Source: Eledone cirrhosa (taxonomy: Eukaryota). Taken from it: 64,000 bases of DNA. Positions 41,601 through 57,200 of the stretch are shown one piece after another. Under the pieces are notes generated by a model. That model made no database searches. It saw only the letters and a list, made by a program, of their open reading frames with translations, and was not told where the DNA came from. The stretch spans positions 120,466,001 to 120,530,000 of the forward strand of contig OZ024744.1 in NCBI GenBank assembly GCA_964016885.1. The letters run 5' to 3'. Position 1 is the first letter of the stretch; each line of letters begins with the position of its first letter. The translations under genes were made by a program, and so were the position numbers.

Positions 41601-44600
41601 ACCACAAGTCATAGTATCAGAGCTGTGATATCTCAATTGAGAGATTCTTTCCTGAGATATGTTAACCACATATCATATTATCAGAGCTGTCATCTCTCAA
41701 TTCAGAGATTCTTTCCTGAGACGTTCTAACCACATGTCATAATATCAGAGCTATGATCTCTCAATTCAGAGATTCTTTCCTGAAACATTCTAACCACATA
41801 TCTGTAGTTTCAGATCTGTGATCTCTCAATTCAGAGATTCTTTCCTGATACATTCTAACCACATGTCATAGTATCAGAGCTGTGATCTCTCAATTCAGAG
41901 ATTCTTTCCTGAGACATTCTAACCACATGTCATAGTATCAGTGCTGTGATCTCTCAATTCAGAGATTCTTTCCTGAGATATTCTAACCACATGTCATAGT
42001 ATCAGATCTGTGATCTCTCAATTCAGAGATTCTTTCCTCAGCCATTCTAACCACATCTCATAGTATCAGAGCTGTGATCTCTCAATTCAGAGATTCTTTC
42101 CTGAGACATTCTAACCACATGTCATAGGATCAGAGCTGTGATCTCTCAATTCAGATATTCTTTCCTGAGACATTCTAACCACATGTCATAGGATCAGATT
42201 TGTGATCTCTCAATTCAGAGATTCTTTCCTGAGATATTCTAACCACATGTCATAGTATCAGAGCTGTGATCTCTCAATTCAGAGATTCTTTCCTGAGACA
42301 TTCTAACCACATGTCACAGTATCGGAGCTGTCATCTCTCAATTCAGAGATTCTTTCCTGAGATATTCTAACCACATGTCATAGTATCAGTGCTGTGATAT
42401 CTCAATTCAGAGATTCTTTCCTGAGATATTCTAACCACATGTCATAGTATCAGATCTGTGATCTCTCAATTCAGATATTCTTTCTTGAGACATTCTAACT
42501 CCATGTCCACAGTATCAGAGCTGTGAACTCTCAATTCAGAGATTCTTTCCTCAGGCATTCTAACCACATCTCATAGTATCAGAGCTGTGATCTCTCAATT
42601 CAGAGATTCTTTCCTGAGACATTCTAACCACATGTCATAGTATCAGAGCTGTGATCTCTCAATTCAGATATTATTTCCTGAGACATTCTAACCACATGTC
42701 ATAGTATAAGAGCTGTGATCTCTCAATTCAGAGATTCTTTCCTGAGACATTCTAACCACATGTCATAGTATTAGAGCTGGGATCTCTCAATTCAGAGATT
42801 ATTTCCTGAGACATTCTAACCACATGTCATAGTATCAGAGCTGTGATCTCTCAATTCAGAGATTCTTTCCTGAGACATTCTAACCACAAGTCATAGTATT
42901 AGAGCTGTGATATCTCAATTGAGAGATTCTTTCCTGAGATATGTTAACCACATATCATATTATCAGAGCTGTCATCTCTCAATTCAGAGATTCTTTCCTG
43001 AGACGTTCTAACCACATGTCATAATATCAGAGCTATGATCTCTCAATTCAGAGATTCTTTCCTGAAACATTCTAACCACATATCTGTAGTTTCAGATCTG
43101 TGATCTCTCAATTCAGATATTCTTTCCTGAGACATTATAACCACATGTCATAGGATCAGAGTTGTGATCTCTCAATTCAGAGATTCTTTCCTGAGATATT
43201 CTAACCACATGTCATAGTATCAGAGCTGTGATCTCTCAATTCAGAGATTCTTTCCTGAGACATTCTAACCACATGTCATAGTATTAGAGCTGGGATCTCT
43301 CAATTCAGACATTCTTTCCTGAGACATTCTAACCACATGTCATAGTATCAGAGCTGTGATCTCTCAATTCAGATATTCTTTCCTGAGACATTCTAACCAC
43401 ATGTCATAGGATCAGAGTTGTGATCTCTCAATTCAGAGATTCTTTCCTGAGATATTCTAACCACATGTCATAGTATCAGAGCTGTGATCTCTCAATTCAG
43501 AGATTCTTTCCTGAGACATTCTAACCACATGTCACAGTATCAGAGATGTGATCTCTCAATTCAGAGATTCTTTCCTCAGACATTCTAACCACATCTCATA
43601 GTATCAGAGCTGTGATCTCTCAATTCAGAGATTCTTTCCTGAGACGTTCTAACCACATGTCATAGTATCAGAGCTGTGATCTCTCAATTCAGATATTATT
43701 TCCTGAGACATTCTAACCACATGTCATAGGATCAGAGTTGTGATCTCTCAATTCAGAGATTCTTTCCTGAGATATTCTAACCACATGTCATAGTATCAGA
43801 GCTGTGATCTCTCAATTCAGAGATTCTTTCCTGAGACATTCTAACCACATGTCATAGTATTAGAGCTGGGATCTCTCAATTCAGAGATTATTTCCTGAGA
43901 CATTCTAACCACATGTCATAGTATCAGAGCTGTGATCTCTCAATTCAGAGATTCTTTCCTGAGACATTCTAACCACAAGTCATAGTATCAGAGCTGTGAT
44001 ATCTCAATTGAGAGATTCTTTCCTGAGATATGTTAACCACATATCATATTATCAGAGCTGTCATCTCTCAATTCAGAGATTCTTTCCTGAGACGTTCTAA
44101 CCACATGTCATAATATCAGAGCTATGATCTCTCAATTCAGAGATTCTTTCCTGAGACATTCTAACAACATGTCATAGTATCAGTGCTGTGATCTCTCATT
44201 TCAGAGATTCTTTCCTGAGATAATCTAACCACATGTCATAGTATCAGAACTGTGATCTCTCAATTCAGAGATTCTTTCCTCAGCCATTCTAACCACATCT
44301 CATAGTATCAGAGCTGTGATCTCTCAATTCAGAGATTCTTTCCTGAGACATTCTAACCACATGTCATAGTATCAGATCTGTGATCTCTCAATTCAGAGAT
44401 TCTTTCTTGAGACATTCTAACTCCATGTCCACAGTATCAGAGCTGTGAACTCTCAATTCAGAGATTCTTTCCTGAGACATTCTAACCACATGTCATAGTA
44501 TCAGAACTGTGATCTCTCAATTCAGAGATTCTTTCCTGAGACATTCTAACCACATGTCACAGTATCAGAGCTGTGATCTCTCAATTCAGAGATTCTTTCC

Positions 44601-46897
44601 TCAGACATTCTAACCACATCTCATAGTATCAGAGCTGTGATCTCTCAATTCAGAGATTCTTTCCTGAGACATTCTAACCACATGTCATAGTATCAGGGCT
44701 GTGATCTCTCAATTCAGATATTCTTTCCTGAGACATTCTAACCACATGTCATAGGATCAGAGTTGTGATCTCTCAATTCAGAAATTCTTTCCTGAGATAT
44801 TCTAACCACATGTCATAATATCAGAGCTGTGATCTCTCAATTCAGAGATTCATTCCTGAGACATTCTAACCACATGTCACAGTATCAGAGCTGTGATCTC
44901 TCAATTCAGAGATTCTTTCCTCAGCCATTCTAACCACATCTCATAGTATCAGAGCTGTGATCTCTCAATTCAGAGATTCTTTCCTGAGACATTCTAACCA
45001 CATGTCATAGTATCAGAGCTGTGATCTCTCAATTCAGATATTCTTTCCTGAGACATTCTAACCACATGTCATAGGATCAGACTTGTGATCGCTCAATTCA
45101 GAGATTCTTTCCTGAGATATTCTAACCACATGTCATAGTATCAGAGCTGTGATCTCTCAATTCACAGATTCTTTCCTGAGACATTCTAACCACATGTCAC
45201 AGTATCAGAGATGTGATCTCTCAATTCAGAGATTCTTTCCTGAGACATTCTAACCACATGTCATAGTATTAGAGCTGGGATCTCTCAATTCAGAGATTAT
45301 TACCTGAGACATTCTAACCACATGTCATAGTATCAGAGCTGTGATCTCTCAATTCAGAGATTCTTTCCTGAGACATTCTAACCACAAGTCATAGTATCAG
45401 AGCTGTGATATCTCAATTGAGAGATTCTTTCCTGAGATATGTTAACCACATATCATATTATCAGAGCTGTCATCTCTCAATTCAGAGATTCTTTCCTGAG
45501 ACGTTCTAACCACATGTCATAATATCAGAGCTATGATCTCTCAATTCAGAGATTCTTTCCTGAAACATTCTAACCACATATCTGTAGTTTCAGATCTGTG
45601 ATCTCTCAATTCAGAGATTCTTTCCTGATACATTCTAACCACATGTCATAGTATCAGAGCTGTGATCTCTCAATTCAGAGATTCTTTCCTGAGACATTCT
45701 AACCACATGTCATAGTATCAGTGCTGTGATCTCTCAATTCAGAGATTCTTTCCTGAGATATTCTAACCACATGTCATAGTATCAGATCTGTGATCTCTCA
45801 ATTCAGAGATTCTTTCCTCAGCCATTCTAACCACATCTCATAGTATCAGAGCTGTGATCTCTCAATTCAGAGATTCTTTCCTGAGACATTCTAACCACAT
45901 GTCATAGGATCAGAGCTGTGATCTCTCAATTCAGATATTCTTTCCTGAGACATTCTAACCACATGTCATAGGATCAGATTTGTGATCTCTCAATTCAGAG
46001 ATTCTTTCCTGAGATATTCTAACCACATGTCATAGTATCAGAGCTGTGATCTCTCAATTCAGAGATTCTTTCCTGAGACATTCTAACCACATGTCACAGT
46101 ATCGGAGCTGTCATCTCTCAATTCAGAGATTCTTTCCTGAGACATTCTAACCACATGTCATAGTATCAGTGCTGTGATATCTCAATTCAGAGATTCTTTC
46201 CTGAGATATTCTAACCACATGTCATAGTATCAGATCTGTGATCTCTCAATTCAGATATTCTTTCTTGAGACATTCTAACTCCATGTCCACAGTAGCAGAG
46301 CTGTGAACTCTCAATTCAGAGATTCTTTCCTCAGGCATTCTAACCACATCTCATAGTATCAGAGCTGTGATCTCTCAATTCAGAGATTCTTTCCTGAGAC
46401 ATTCTAACCACATGTCATAGTATCAGAGCTGTGATCTCTCAATTCAGATATTATTTCCTGAGACATTCTAACCACATGTCATAGGATAAGAGCTGTGATC
46501 TCTCAATTCAGAGATTCTTTCCTGAGACATTCTAACCACATGTCATAGTATTAGAGCTGGGATCTCTCAATTCAGAGATTATTTCCTGAGACATTCTAAC
46601 CACATGTCATAGTATCAGAGCTGTGATCTCTCAATTCAGAGATTCTTTCCTGAGACATTCTAACCACAAGTCATAGTATCAGAGCTGTGATATCTCAATT
46701 GAGAGATTCTTTCCTGAGATATGTTAACCACATATCATATTATCAGAGCTGTCATCTCTCAATTCAGAGATTCTTTCCTGAGACGTTCTAACCACATGTC
46801 ATAATATCAGAGCTATGATCTCTCAATTCAGAGATTCTTTCCTGAAACATTCTAACCACATATCTGTAGTTTCAGATCTGTGATCTCTCAATTCAGA
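32674..46897. repeat. Large HOR block: units of 60, 44, 59 and 59 monomers (3,844, 2,820, 3,780, 3,780 bp)
   Basis: Marker monomer TATTCT...CATTATAACC starts at 32674, 36518, 39338 and 43118. GATCGCTC occurs at 34643, 41307 and 45087. GAGTTTCTT occurs at ~33312 and ~39976 (offset 6,664). Confidence 0.88.
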
Positions 46898-48114
46898 GAT
46901 TCTTTCCTTATACATTCTAACCACATGTCATAGTATCAGAGCTGTGATCTCTCAATTCAGAGATTCTTTCCTGAGACATTCTAACCACATGTCATAGTAT
47001 CAGTGCTGTGATCTCTCAATTCAGAGATTCTTTCCTGAGATATTCTAACCACATGTCATAGTATCAGATCTGTGATCTCTCAATTCAGAGATTCTTTCCT
47101 CAGCCATTCTAACCACATGTCATAGTATCAGAGCTGTGATCTCTCAATTCAGAGATTCTTTCCTGAGACATTCTAACCACATGTCATAGTATCAGAGCTG
47201 TGATCTCTCAATTCAGATATTCTTTCCTGAGACATTCTAACCACATGTCATAGGATCAGATTTGTGATCTCTCAATTCAGAGATTCTTTCCTGAGATATT
47301 CTAACCACATGTCATAGTATCAGAGCTGTGATCTCTCAATTCAGAGATTCTTTCCTGAGACATTCTAACCACATGTCACAGTATCGGAGCTGTCATCTCT
47401 CAATTCAGAGATTCTTTCCTGAGACATTCTAACCACATGTCATAGTATCAGTGCTGTGATATCTCAATTCAGAGATTCTTTCCTGAGATATTCTAACCAC
47501 ATGTCATAGTATCAGATCTGTGATCTCTCAATTCAGATATTCTTTCTTGAGACATTCTAACTCCATGTCCACAGTATCAGAGCTGTGAACTCTCAATTCA
47601 GAGATTCTTTCCTCAGGCATTCTAACCACATCTCATAGTATCAGAGCTGTGATCTCTCAATTCAGAGATTCTTTCCTGAGACATTCTAACCACATGTCAT
47701 AGTATCAGAGCTGTGATCTCTCAATTCAGATATTATTTCCTGAGACATTCTAACCACATGTCATAGTATAAGAGCTGTGATCTCTCAATTCAGAGATTCT
47801 TTCCTGAGACATTCTAACCACATGTCATAGTATTAGAGCTGGGATCTCTCAATTCAGAGATTATTTCCTGAGACATTCTAACCACATGTCATAGTATCAG
47901 AGCTGTGATCTCTCAATTCAGAGATTCTTTCCTGAGACATTCTAACCACAAGTCATAGTATCAGAGCTGTGATATCTCAATTGAGAGATTCTTTCCTGAG
48001 ATATGTTAACCACATATCATATTATCAGAGCTGTCATCTCTCAATTCAGAGATTCTTTCCTGAGACGTTCTAACCACATGTCATAATATCAGAGCTATGA
48101 TCTCTCAATTCAGA
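45231..48114. repeat. 20-monomer (1,282-bp) tandem duplication plus a partial third copy
   Basis: Monomers with TATTAGAGCTGGG start at 45231, 46513 and 47795. TCAGGCATT occurs at 46331/47613 and TCTGTAGTTT at 45581/46863. Confidence 0.85.
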
Positions 48115-51100
48115 GATTCTTTCCTGAGACATTCTAACAACATGTCATAGTATCAGTGCTGTGATCTCTCATTTCAGAGATTCTTTCCTGAGATAATCTA
48201 ACCACATGTCATAGTATCAGAACTGTGATCTCTCAATTCAGAGATTCTTTCCTCAGCCATTCTAACCACATCTCATAGTATCAGAGCTGTGATCTCTCAA
48301 TTCAGAGATTCTTTCCTGAGACATTCTAACCACATGTCATAGTATCAGATCTGTGATCTCTCAATTCAGAGATTCTTTCTTGAGACATTCTAACTCCATG
48401 TCCACAGTATCAGAGCTGTGAACTCTCAATTCAGAGATTCTTTCCTGAGACATTCTAACCACATGTCATAGTATCAGAACTGTGATCTCTCAATTCAGAG
48501 ATTCTTTCCTGAGACATTCTAACCACATGTCACAGTATCAGAGCTGTGATCTCTCAATTCAGAGATTCTTTCCTCAGACATTCTAACCACATCTCATAGT
48601 ATCAGAGCTGTGATCTCTCAATTCAGAGATTCTTTCCTGAGACATTCTAACCACATGTCATAGTATCAGAGCTGTGATCTCTCAATTCAGATATTCTTTC
48701 CTTAGACATTCTAACCACATGTCATAGGATCAGAGTTGTGATCTCTCAATTCAGAAATTCTTTCCTGAGATATTCTAACCACATGTCATAATATCAGAGC
48801 TGTGATCTCTCAATTCAGAGATTCATTCCTGAGACATTCTAACCACATGTCACAGTATCAGAGCTGTGATCTCTCAATTCAGAGATTCTTTCCTCAGCCA
48901 TTCTAACCACATCTCATAGTATCAGAGCTGTGATCTCTCAATTCAGAGATTCTTTCCTGAGACATTCTAACCACATGTCATAGTATCAGAGCTGTGATCT
49001 CTCAATTCAGATATTCTTTCCTGAGACATTCTAACCACATGTCATAGGATCAGACTTGTGATCGCTCAATTCAGAGATTCTTTCCTGAGATATTCTAACC
49101 ACATGACATAGTATCAGAGCTGTGATCTGTCAATTCACAGATTCTTTCCTGAGACATTCTAACCACATGTCACAGTATCAGAGATGTGATCTCTCAATTC
49201 AGAGATTCTTTCCTGAGACATTCTAACCACATGTCATAGGATCAGAGTTGTGATCTCTCAATTCAGAGATTCTTTCCTGAGATATTCTAACCACATGTCA
49301 TAGTATTAGAGCTGGGATCTCTCAATTCAGAGATTATTACCTGAGACATTCTAACCACATGTCATAGTATCAGAGCTGTGATCTCTCAATTCAGAGATTC
49401 TTTCCTGAGACATTCTAACCGCAAGTCATAGTATCAGAACTGTGATATCTCAATTGAGAGATTCTTTCCTGAGATATGTTAACCACATATCATATTATCA
49501 GAGCTGTCATCTCTCAATTCAGAGATTCTTTCCTGAGACGTTCTAACCACATGTCATAATATCAGAGCTATGATCTCTCAATTCAGAGATTCTTTCCTGA
49601 AACATTCTAACCACATATCTGTAGTATCAGATCTGTGATCTCTCAATTCAGAGATTCTTTCCTGATACATTCTAACCACATGTCATAGTATCAGAGCTGA
49701 GATCTCTCAATTCAGAGATTCTTTCCTGAGACATTCTAACCACATGTCATAGTATCAGTGCTGTGATCTTTCAATTCAGAGATTCTTTCCTGAGATATTC
49801 TAACCACATGTCATAGTATCAGAACTGTGATCTCTCAATTCAGAGATTCTTTCCTCAGCCATTCTAACCACATCTCTTAGTATCAGAGCTGTGATCTCTC
49901 ATTCAGAGATTCTTTCCTGAGACATTCTAACCACATGTCATAGTATCAGAGCTGTGATCTCTCAATTCAGATATTCTTTCCTGAGACATTCTAACCACAT
50001 GTCATAGGATCAGATTTGTGATCTCTCAATTCAGAGATTCTTTCATGAGATATTCTAATCACATGTCATAGAATCAGAGCTGTGATCTCTCAATTCAGAG
50101 ATTCTTTCCTGAGACATTCTAACCACATGTCACAGTATCAGAGCTGTGATCTCTCAATTCAGAGATTCTTTCCTCAGACATTCTAACCACATCTCATAGT
50201 ATCAGAGCTGTGATCTCTCAATTCAGAGATTCTTTCCTGAGACATTCTAACCACATGTCATAGTATCAGAGCTGTGATCTCTCAATTCAGATATTCTTTC
50301 CTGAGACATTATAACCACATGTCATAGGATCAGAGTTGTGATCTCTCAATTCAGAGATTCTTTCCTGAGATATTCTAACCACATGTCATAGTATCAGAGC
50401 TGTGATCTCTCAATTCAGAGATTCTTTCCTGAGACATTCTAACCACATGTCATAGTATTAGAGCTGGGATCTCTCAATTCAGACATTCTTTCCTGAGACA
50501 TTCTAACCACATGTCATAGTATCAGAGCTGTGATCTCTCAATTCAGATATTCTTTCCTGAGACATTCTAACCACATGTCATAGGATCAGAGTTGTGATCT
50601 CTCAATTCAGAGATTCTTTCCTGAGATATTCTAACCACATGTCATAGTATCAGAGCTGTGATCTCTCAATTCAGAGATTCTTTCCTGAGACATTCTAACC
50701 ACATGTCACAGTATCAGAGATGTGATCTCTCAATTCAGAGATTCTTTCCTCAGACATTCTAACCACATCTCATCGTATCAGAGCTGTGATCTCTCAATTC
50801 AGAGATTCTTTCCTGAGACGTTCTAACCACATGTCATAGTATCAGAGCTGTGATCTCTCAATTCAGATATTATTTCCTGAGACATTCTAACCACATGTCA
50901 TAGGATCAGAGTTGTGATCTCTCAATTCAGAGATTCTTTCCTGAGATATTCTAACCACATGTCATAGTATCAGAGCTGTGATCTCTCAATTCAGAGATTC
51001 TTTCCTGAGACATTCTAACCACATGTCACAGTATCGGAGCTGTCATCTCTCAATTCAGAGATTCTTTCCTGAGACATTCTAACCACATGTCATAGTATCA

Positions 51101-54100
51101 GTGCTGTGATATCTCAATTCAGAGATTCTTTCCTGAGATATTCTAACCACATGTCATAGTATCAGATCTGTGATCTCTCAATTCAGAGATTCTTTCTTGA
51201 GACATTCTAACTCCATGTCCACAGTATCAGAGCTGTGAACTCTCAATTCAGAGATTCTTTCCTCAGGCATTCTAACCACATCTCATAGTATCAGAGCTGT
51301 GATCTCTCAATTCAGAGATTCTTTCCTGAGACATTCTAACCACATGTCATAGTATCAGAGCTGTGATCTCTCAATTCAGATATTATTTCCTGAGACATTC
51401 TAACCACATGTCATAGTATCAGAGCTGTGATCTCTCAATTCAGAGATTCTTTCCTGAGACATTCTAACCACATGTCATAGTATTAGAGCTGGGATCTCTC
51501 AATTCAGAGATTATTTCCTGAGACATTCTAACCACATGTCATAGTATCAGAGCTGTGATCTCTCAATTCAGAGATTCTTTCCTGAGACATTCTAACCACA
51601 AGTCATAGTATCAGAGCTGTGATATCTCAATTGAGAGATTCTTTCCTGAGATATGTTAACCACATATCATATTATCAGAGCTGTCATCTCTCAATTCAGA
51701 GATTCTTTCCTGAGACGTTCTAACCACATGTCATAATATCAGAGCTATGATCTCTCAATTCAGAGATTCTTTCCTGAGACATTCTAACAACATGTCATAG
51801 TATCAGTGCTGTGATCTCTCATTTCAGAGATTCTTTCCTGAGATAATCTAACCACATGTCATAGTATCAGAACTGTGATCTCTCAATTCAGAGATTCTTT
51901 CCTCAGCCATTCTAACCACATCTCATAGTATCAGAGCTGTGATCTCTCAATTCAGAGATTCTTTCCTGAGACATTCTAACCACATGTCATAGTATCAGAT
52001 CTGTGATCTCTCAATTCAGAGATTCTTTCTTGAGACATTCTAACTCCATGTCCACAGTATCAGAGCTGTGAACTCTCAATTCAGAGATTCTTTCCTGAGA
52101 CATTCTAACCACATGTCATAGTATCAGAACTGTGATCTCTCAATTCAGAGATTCTTTCCTGAGACATTCTAACCACATGTCACAGTATCAGAGCTGTGAT
52201 CTCTCAATTCAGAGATTCTTTCCTCAGACATTCTAACCACATCTCATAGTATCAGAGCTGTGATCTCTCAATTCAGAGATTCTTTCCTGAGACATTCTAA
52301 CCACATGTCATAGTATCAGAGCTGTGATCTCTCAATTCAGATATTCTTTCCTGAGACATTCTAACCACATGTCATAGGATCAGACTTGTGATCGCTCAAT
52401 TCAGAGATTCTTTCCTGAGATATTCTAACCACATGTCATAGTATCAGAGCTGTGATCTCTCAATTCACAGATTCTTTCCTGAGACATTCTAACCACATGT
52501 CACAGTATCAGAGATGTGATCTCTCAATTCAGAGATTCTTTCCTGAGACATTCTAACCACATGTCATAGTATTAGAGCTGGGATCTCTCAATTCAGAGAT
52601 TATTACCTGAGACATTCTAACCACATGTCATAGTATCAGAGCTGTGATCTCTCAATTCAGAGATTCTTTCCTGAGACAATCTAACCACAAGTCATAGTAT
52701 CAGAGCTGTGATATCTCAATTGAGAGATTCTTTCCTGAGATATGTTAACCACATATCATATTATCAGAGCTGTCATCTCTCAATTCAGAGATTCTTTCCT
52801 GAGACGTTCTAATCACATGTCATAATATTAGAGCTATGATCTCTCAATTCAGAGATTCTTTCCTGAAACATTCTAACCACATATATGTAGTTTCAGATCT
52901 GTGATCTCTCAATTCAGAGATTCTTTCCTGATACATTCTAACCACATGTCATAGTATCAGAGCTGTGATCTCTCAATTCAGAGATTCTTTCCTGAGACAT
53001 TCTAACCACATGTCATAGTATCAGTGCTGTGATCTCTCAATTCAGAGATTCTTTCCTGAGATATTCTAACCACATGTCATAGTATCAGATCTGTGATCTC
53101 TCAATTCAGAGATTCTTTCCTCAGCCATTCTAACCACATCTCATAGTATCAGAGCTGTGATCTCTCAACTCAGAGATTCTTTCCTGAGACATTCTAACCA
53201 CATGTCATAGTATCAGAGCTGTGATCTCTCAATTCAGATATTCTTTCCTGAGACATTCTAACCACATGTCATAGGATCAGATTTGTGATCTCTCAATTCA
53301 GAGATTCTTTCCTGAGATATTCTAACCACATGTCATAGTATCAGAGCTGTGATCTCTCAATTCAGAGATTCTTTCCTGAGACATTCTAACCACATGTCAC
53401 AGTATCGGAGCTGTCATCTCTCAATTCAGAGATTCTTTCCTGAGACATTCTAACCACATGTCATAGTATCAGTGCTGTGATATCTCAATTCAGAGATTCT
53501 TTCCTGAGATATTCTAACCACATGTCATAGTATCAGATCTGTGATCTCTCAATTCAGAGATTCTTTCTTGAGACATTCTAACTCCATGTCCACAGTATCA
53601 GAGCTGTGAACTCTCAATTCAGAGATTCTTTCCTCAGGCATTCTAACCACATCTCATAGTATCAGAGCTGTGATCTCTCAATTCAGAGATTCTTTCCTGA
53701 GACATTCTAACCACATGTCATAGTATCAGAGCTGTGATCTCTCAATTCAGATATTATTTCCTGAGACATTCTAACCACATGTCATAGTATCAGTGCTGTG
53801 ATCTCTCAATTCAGAGATTCTTTCCTGAGACATTCTAACCACATGTCATAGTATTAGAGCTGGGATCTCTCAATTCAGAGATTATTTCCTGAGACATTCT
53901 AACCACATGTCATAGTATCAGAGCTGTGATCTCTCAATTCAGAGATTCTTTCCTGAGACATTCTAACCACAAGTCATAGTATCAAAGATGTGATATCTCA
54001 ATTGAGAGATTCTTTCCTGAGATATGTTAACCACATATCATATTATCAGAGCTGTCATCTCTCAATTCAGAGATTCTTTCCTGAGACGTTCTAACCACAT

Positions 54101-54264
54101 GTCATAATATCAGTGCTATGATCTCTCAATTCAGAGATTCTTTCCTGAAACATTCTAACCACATATCTGTAGTATCAGATCTGTGATCTCTCAATTCAGA
54201 GATTCTTTCCTGATACATTCTAACTACATGTCATAGTATCAGAGCTGTGATCTCTCAATTCAGA

Positions 54265-57200
54265 GATTCTTTCCTGAGATATTCTAACCACATGTCATAG
54301 TATCAGAACTGTGATCTCTCAATTCAGAGATTCTTTCCTGAGACATTCTAACCACATGTCACAGTATCAGAGCTGTGATCTCTCAATTCAGAGATTCTTT
54401 CCTCAGACATTCTAACCACATCTCATAGTATCAGAGCTGTGATCTCTCAATTCAGAGATTCTTTCCTGAGACATTCTAACCACATGTCATAGTATCAGAG
54501 CTGTGATCTCTCAATTCAGATATTCTTTCCTGAGACATTCTAACCACATGTCATAGGATCAGAGTTGTGATCTCTCAATTCAGAAATTCTTTCCTGAGAT
54601 ATTCTAACCACATGTCATAATATCAGAGCTGTGATCTCTCAATTCAGAGATTCATTCCTGAGACATTCTAACCACATGTCACAGTATCAGAGCTGTGATC
54701 TCTCAATTCAGAGATTCTTTCCTCAGCCATTCTAACCACATCTCATAGTATCAGAGCTGTGATCTCTCAATTCAGAGATTCTTTCCTGAGACATTCTAAC
54801 CACATGTCATAGTATCAGAGCTGTGATCTCTCAATTCACAGATTCTTTCCTGAGACATTCTAACCACATGTCACAGTATCAGAGATGTGATCTCTCAATT
54901 CAGAGATTCTTTCCTGAGACATTCTAACCTCATGTCATAGTATTAGAGCTGGGATCTCTCAATTCAGAGATTATTACCTGAGACATTCTAACCACATGTC
55001 ATAGTATCAGAGCTGTGATCTCTTAATTCAGAGATTCTTTCCTGAGACATTCTAACCACAAGTCATAGTATCAGAGCTGTGATATCTCAATTGAGAGATT
55101 CTTTCCTGAGATATGTTAACCACATATCATATTATCAGAGCTGTCATCTCTCAATTCAGAGATTCTTTCCTGAGACGTTCTAACCACATGTCATAATATC
55201 AGAGCTATGATCTCTCAATTCAGAGATTCTTTCCTGAAACATTCTAACCACATATCTGTAGTTTCAGATCTGTGATCTCTCAATTCAGAGATTCTTTCCT
55301 GATACATTCTAACCACATGTCATAGTATCAGAGCTGTGATCTCTCAATTCAGAGATTCTTTCCTGAGACATTCTAACCACATGTCATAGTATCAGTGCTG
55401 TGATCTCTCAATTCAGAGATTCTTTCCTGAGATATTCTAACCACATGTCATAGTATCAGATCTGTGATCTCTCAATTCAGAGATTCTTTCCTCAACCATT
55501 CTAACCACATCTCATAGTATCAGAGCTGTGATCTCTCAACTCAGAGATTCTTTCCTGAGACATTCTAACCACATGTCATAGTATCAGAGCTGTGATCTCT
55601 CAATTCAGATATTCTTTCCTGAGACATTCTAACCACATGTCATAGGATCAGATTTGTGATCTCTCAATTCAGAGATTCTTTCCTGAGATATTCTAACCAC
55701 ATGTCATAGTATCAGAGCTGTGATCTCTCAATTCAGAGATTCTTTCCTGAGACATTCTAACCACATGTCACAGTATCGGAGCTGTCATCTCTCAATTCAG
55801 AGATTCTTTCCTGAGACATTCTAACCACATGTCATAGTATCAGTGCTGTGATATCTCAATTCAGAGATTCTTTCCTGAGATATTCTAACCACATGTCATA
55901 GTATCAGATCTGTGATCTCTCAATTCAGAGATTCTTTCTTGAGACATTCTAACTCCATGTCCACAGTATCAGAGCTGTGAACTCTCAATTCAGAGATTCT
56001 TTCCTCAGGCATTCTAACCACATCTCATAGTATCAGAGCTGTGATCTCTCAATTCAGAGATTCTTTCCTGAGACATTCTAACCACATGTCATAGTATCAG
56101 AGCTGTGATCTCTCAATTCAGATATTATTTCCTGAGACATTCTAACCACATGTCATAGTATCAGAGCTGTGATCTCTCAATTCAGAGATTCTTTCCTGAG
56201 ACATTCTAACCACATGTCATAGTATTAGAGCTGGGATCTCTCAATTCAGAGATTATTTCCTGAGACATTCTAACCACATGTCATAGTATCAGAGCTGTGA
56301 TCTCTCAATTCAGAGATTCTTTCCTGAGACATTCTAACCACAAGTCATAGTATCAAAGATGTGATATCTCAATTGAGAGATTCTTTCCTGAGATATGTTA
56401 ACCACATATCATATTATCAGAGCTGTCATCTCTCAATTCAGAGATTCTTTCCTGAGACGTTCTAACCACATGTCATAATATCAGTGCTATGATCTCTCAA
56501 TTCAGAGATTCTTTCCTGAAACATTCTAACCACATATCTGTAGTATCAGATCTGTGATCTCTCAATTCAGAGATTCTTTCCTGATACATTCTAACTACAT
56601 GTCATAGTATCAGAGCTGTGATCTCTCAATTCAGAGATTCTTTCCTGAGACATTCTAACCACATGTCATAGTATCAGTGCTGTGATCTCTCAATTCAGAG
56701 ATTCTTTCCCGAGATATTCTAACCACATGTCATAGTATCAGAACTGTGATATCTCAATTCAGAGATCCTTTCCTCAGCCATTCTAACCACATCTCATAGT
56801 ATCAGAGTTGTGATCTCTCAATTCAGAGATTCTTTCCTGAGACATTCTAACCACATGTCATAGTATCAGAGCTGTGATCTCTCAATTCAGATATTCTTTC
56901 CTGAGACATTCTAACCACATGTCATAGGATCAGATTTGTGATCTCTCAATTCAGAGATTCTTTCCTGAGATATTCTAACCACATGTCATAGTATCAGAGC
57001 TGTGATCTCTCAATTCAGAGATTCATTCCTGAGACATTCTAACCACATGTCACAGTATCAGATCTGTGATCTCTCAATTCAGAGATTCTTTCCTCAGCCA
57101 TTCTAACCACATCTCATAGTATCAGAGCTGTGATCTCTCAATTCAGAGATTCTTTCCTGAGACATTCTAACCACATGTCATAGTATCAGAGCTGTGATCT

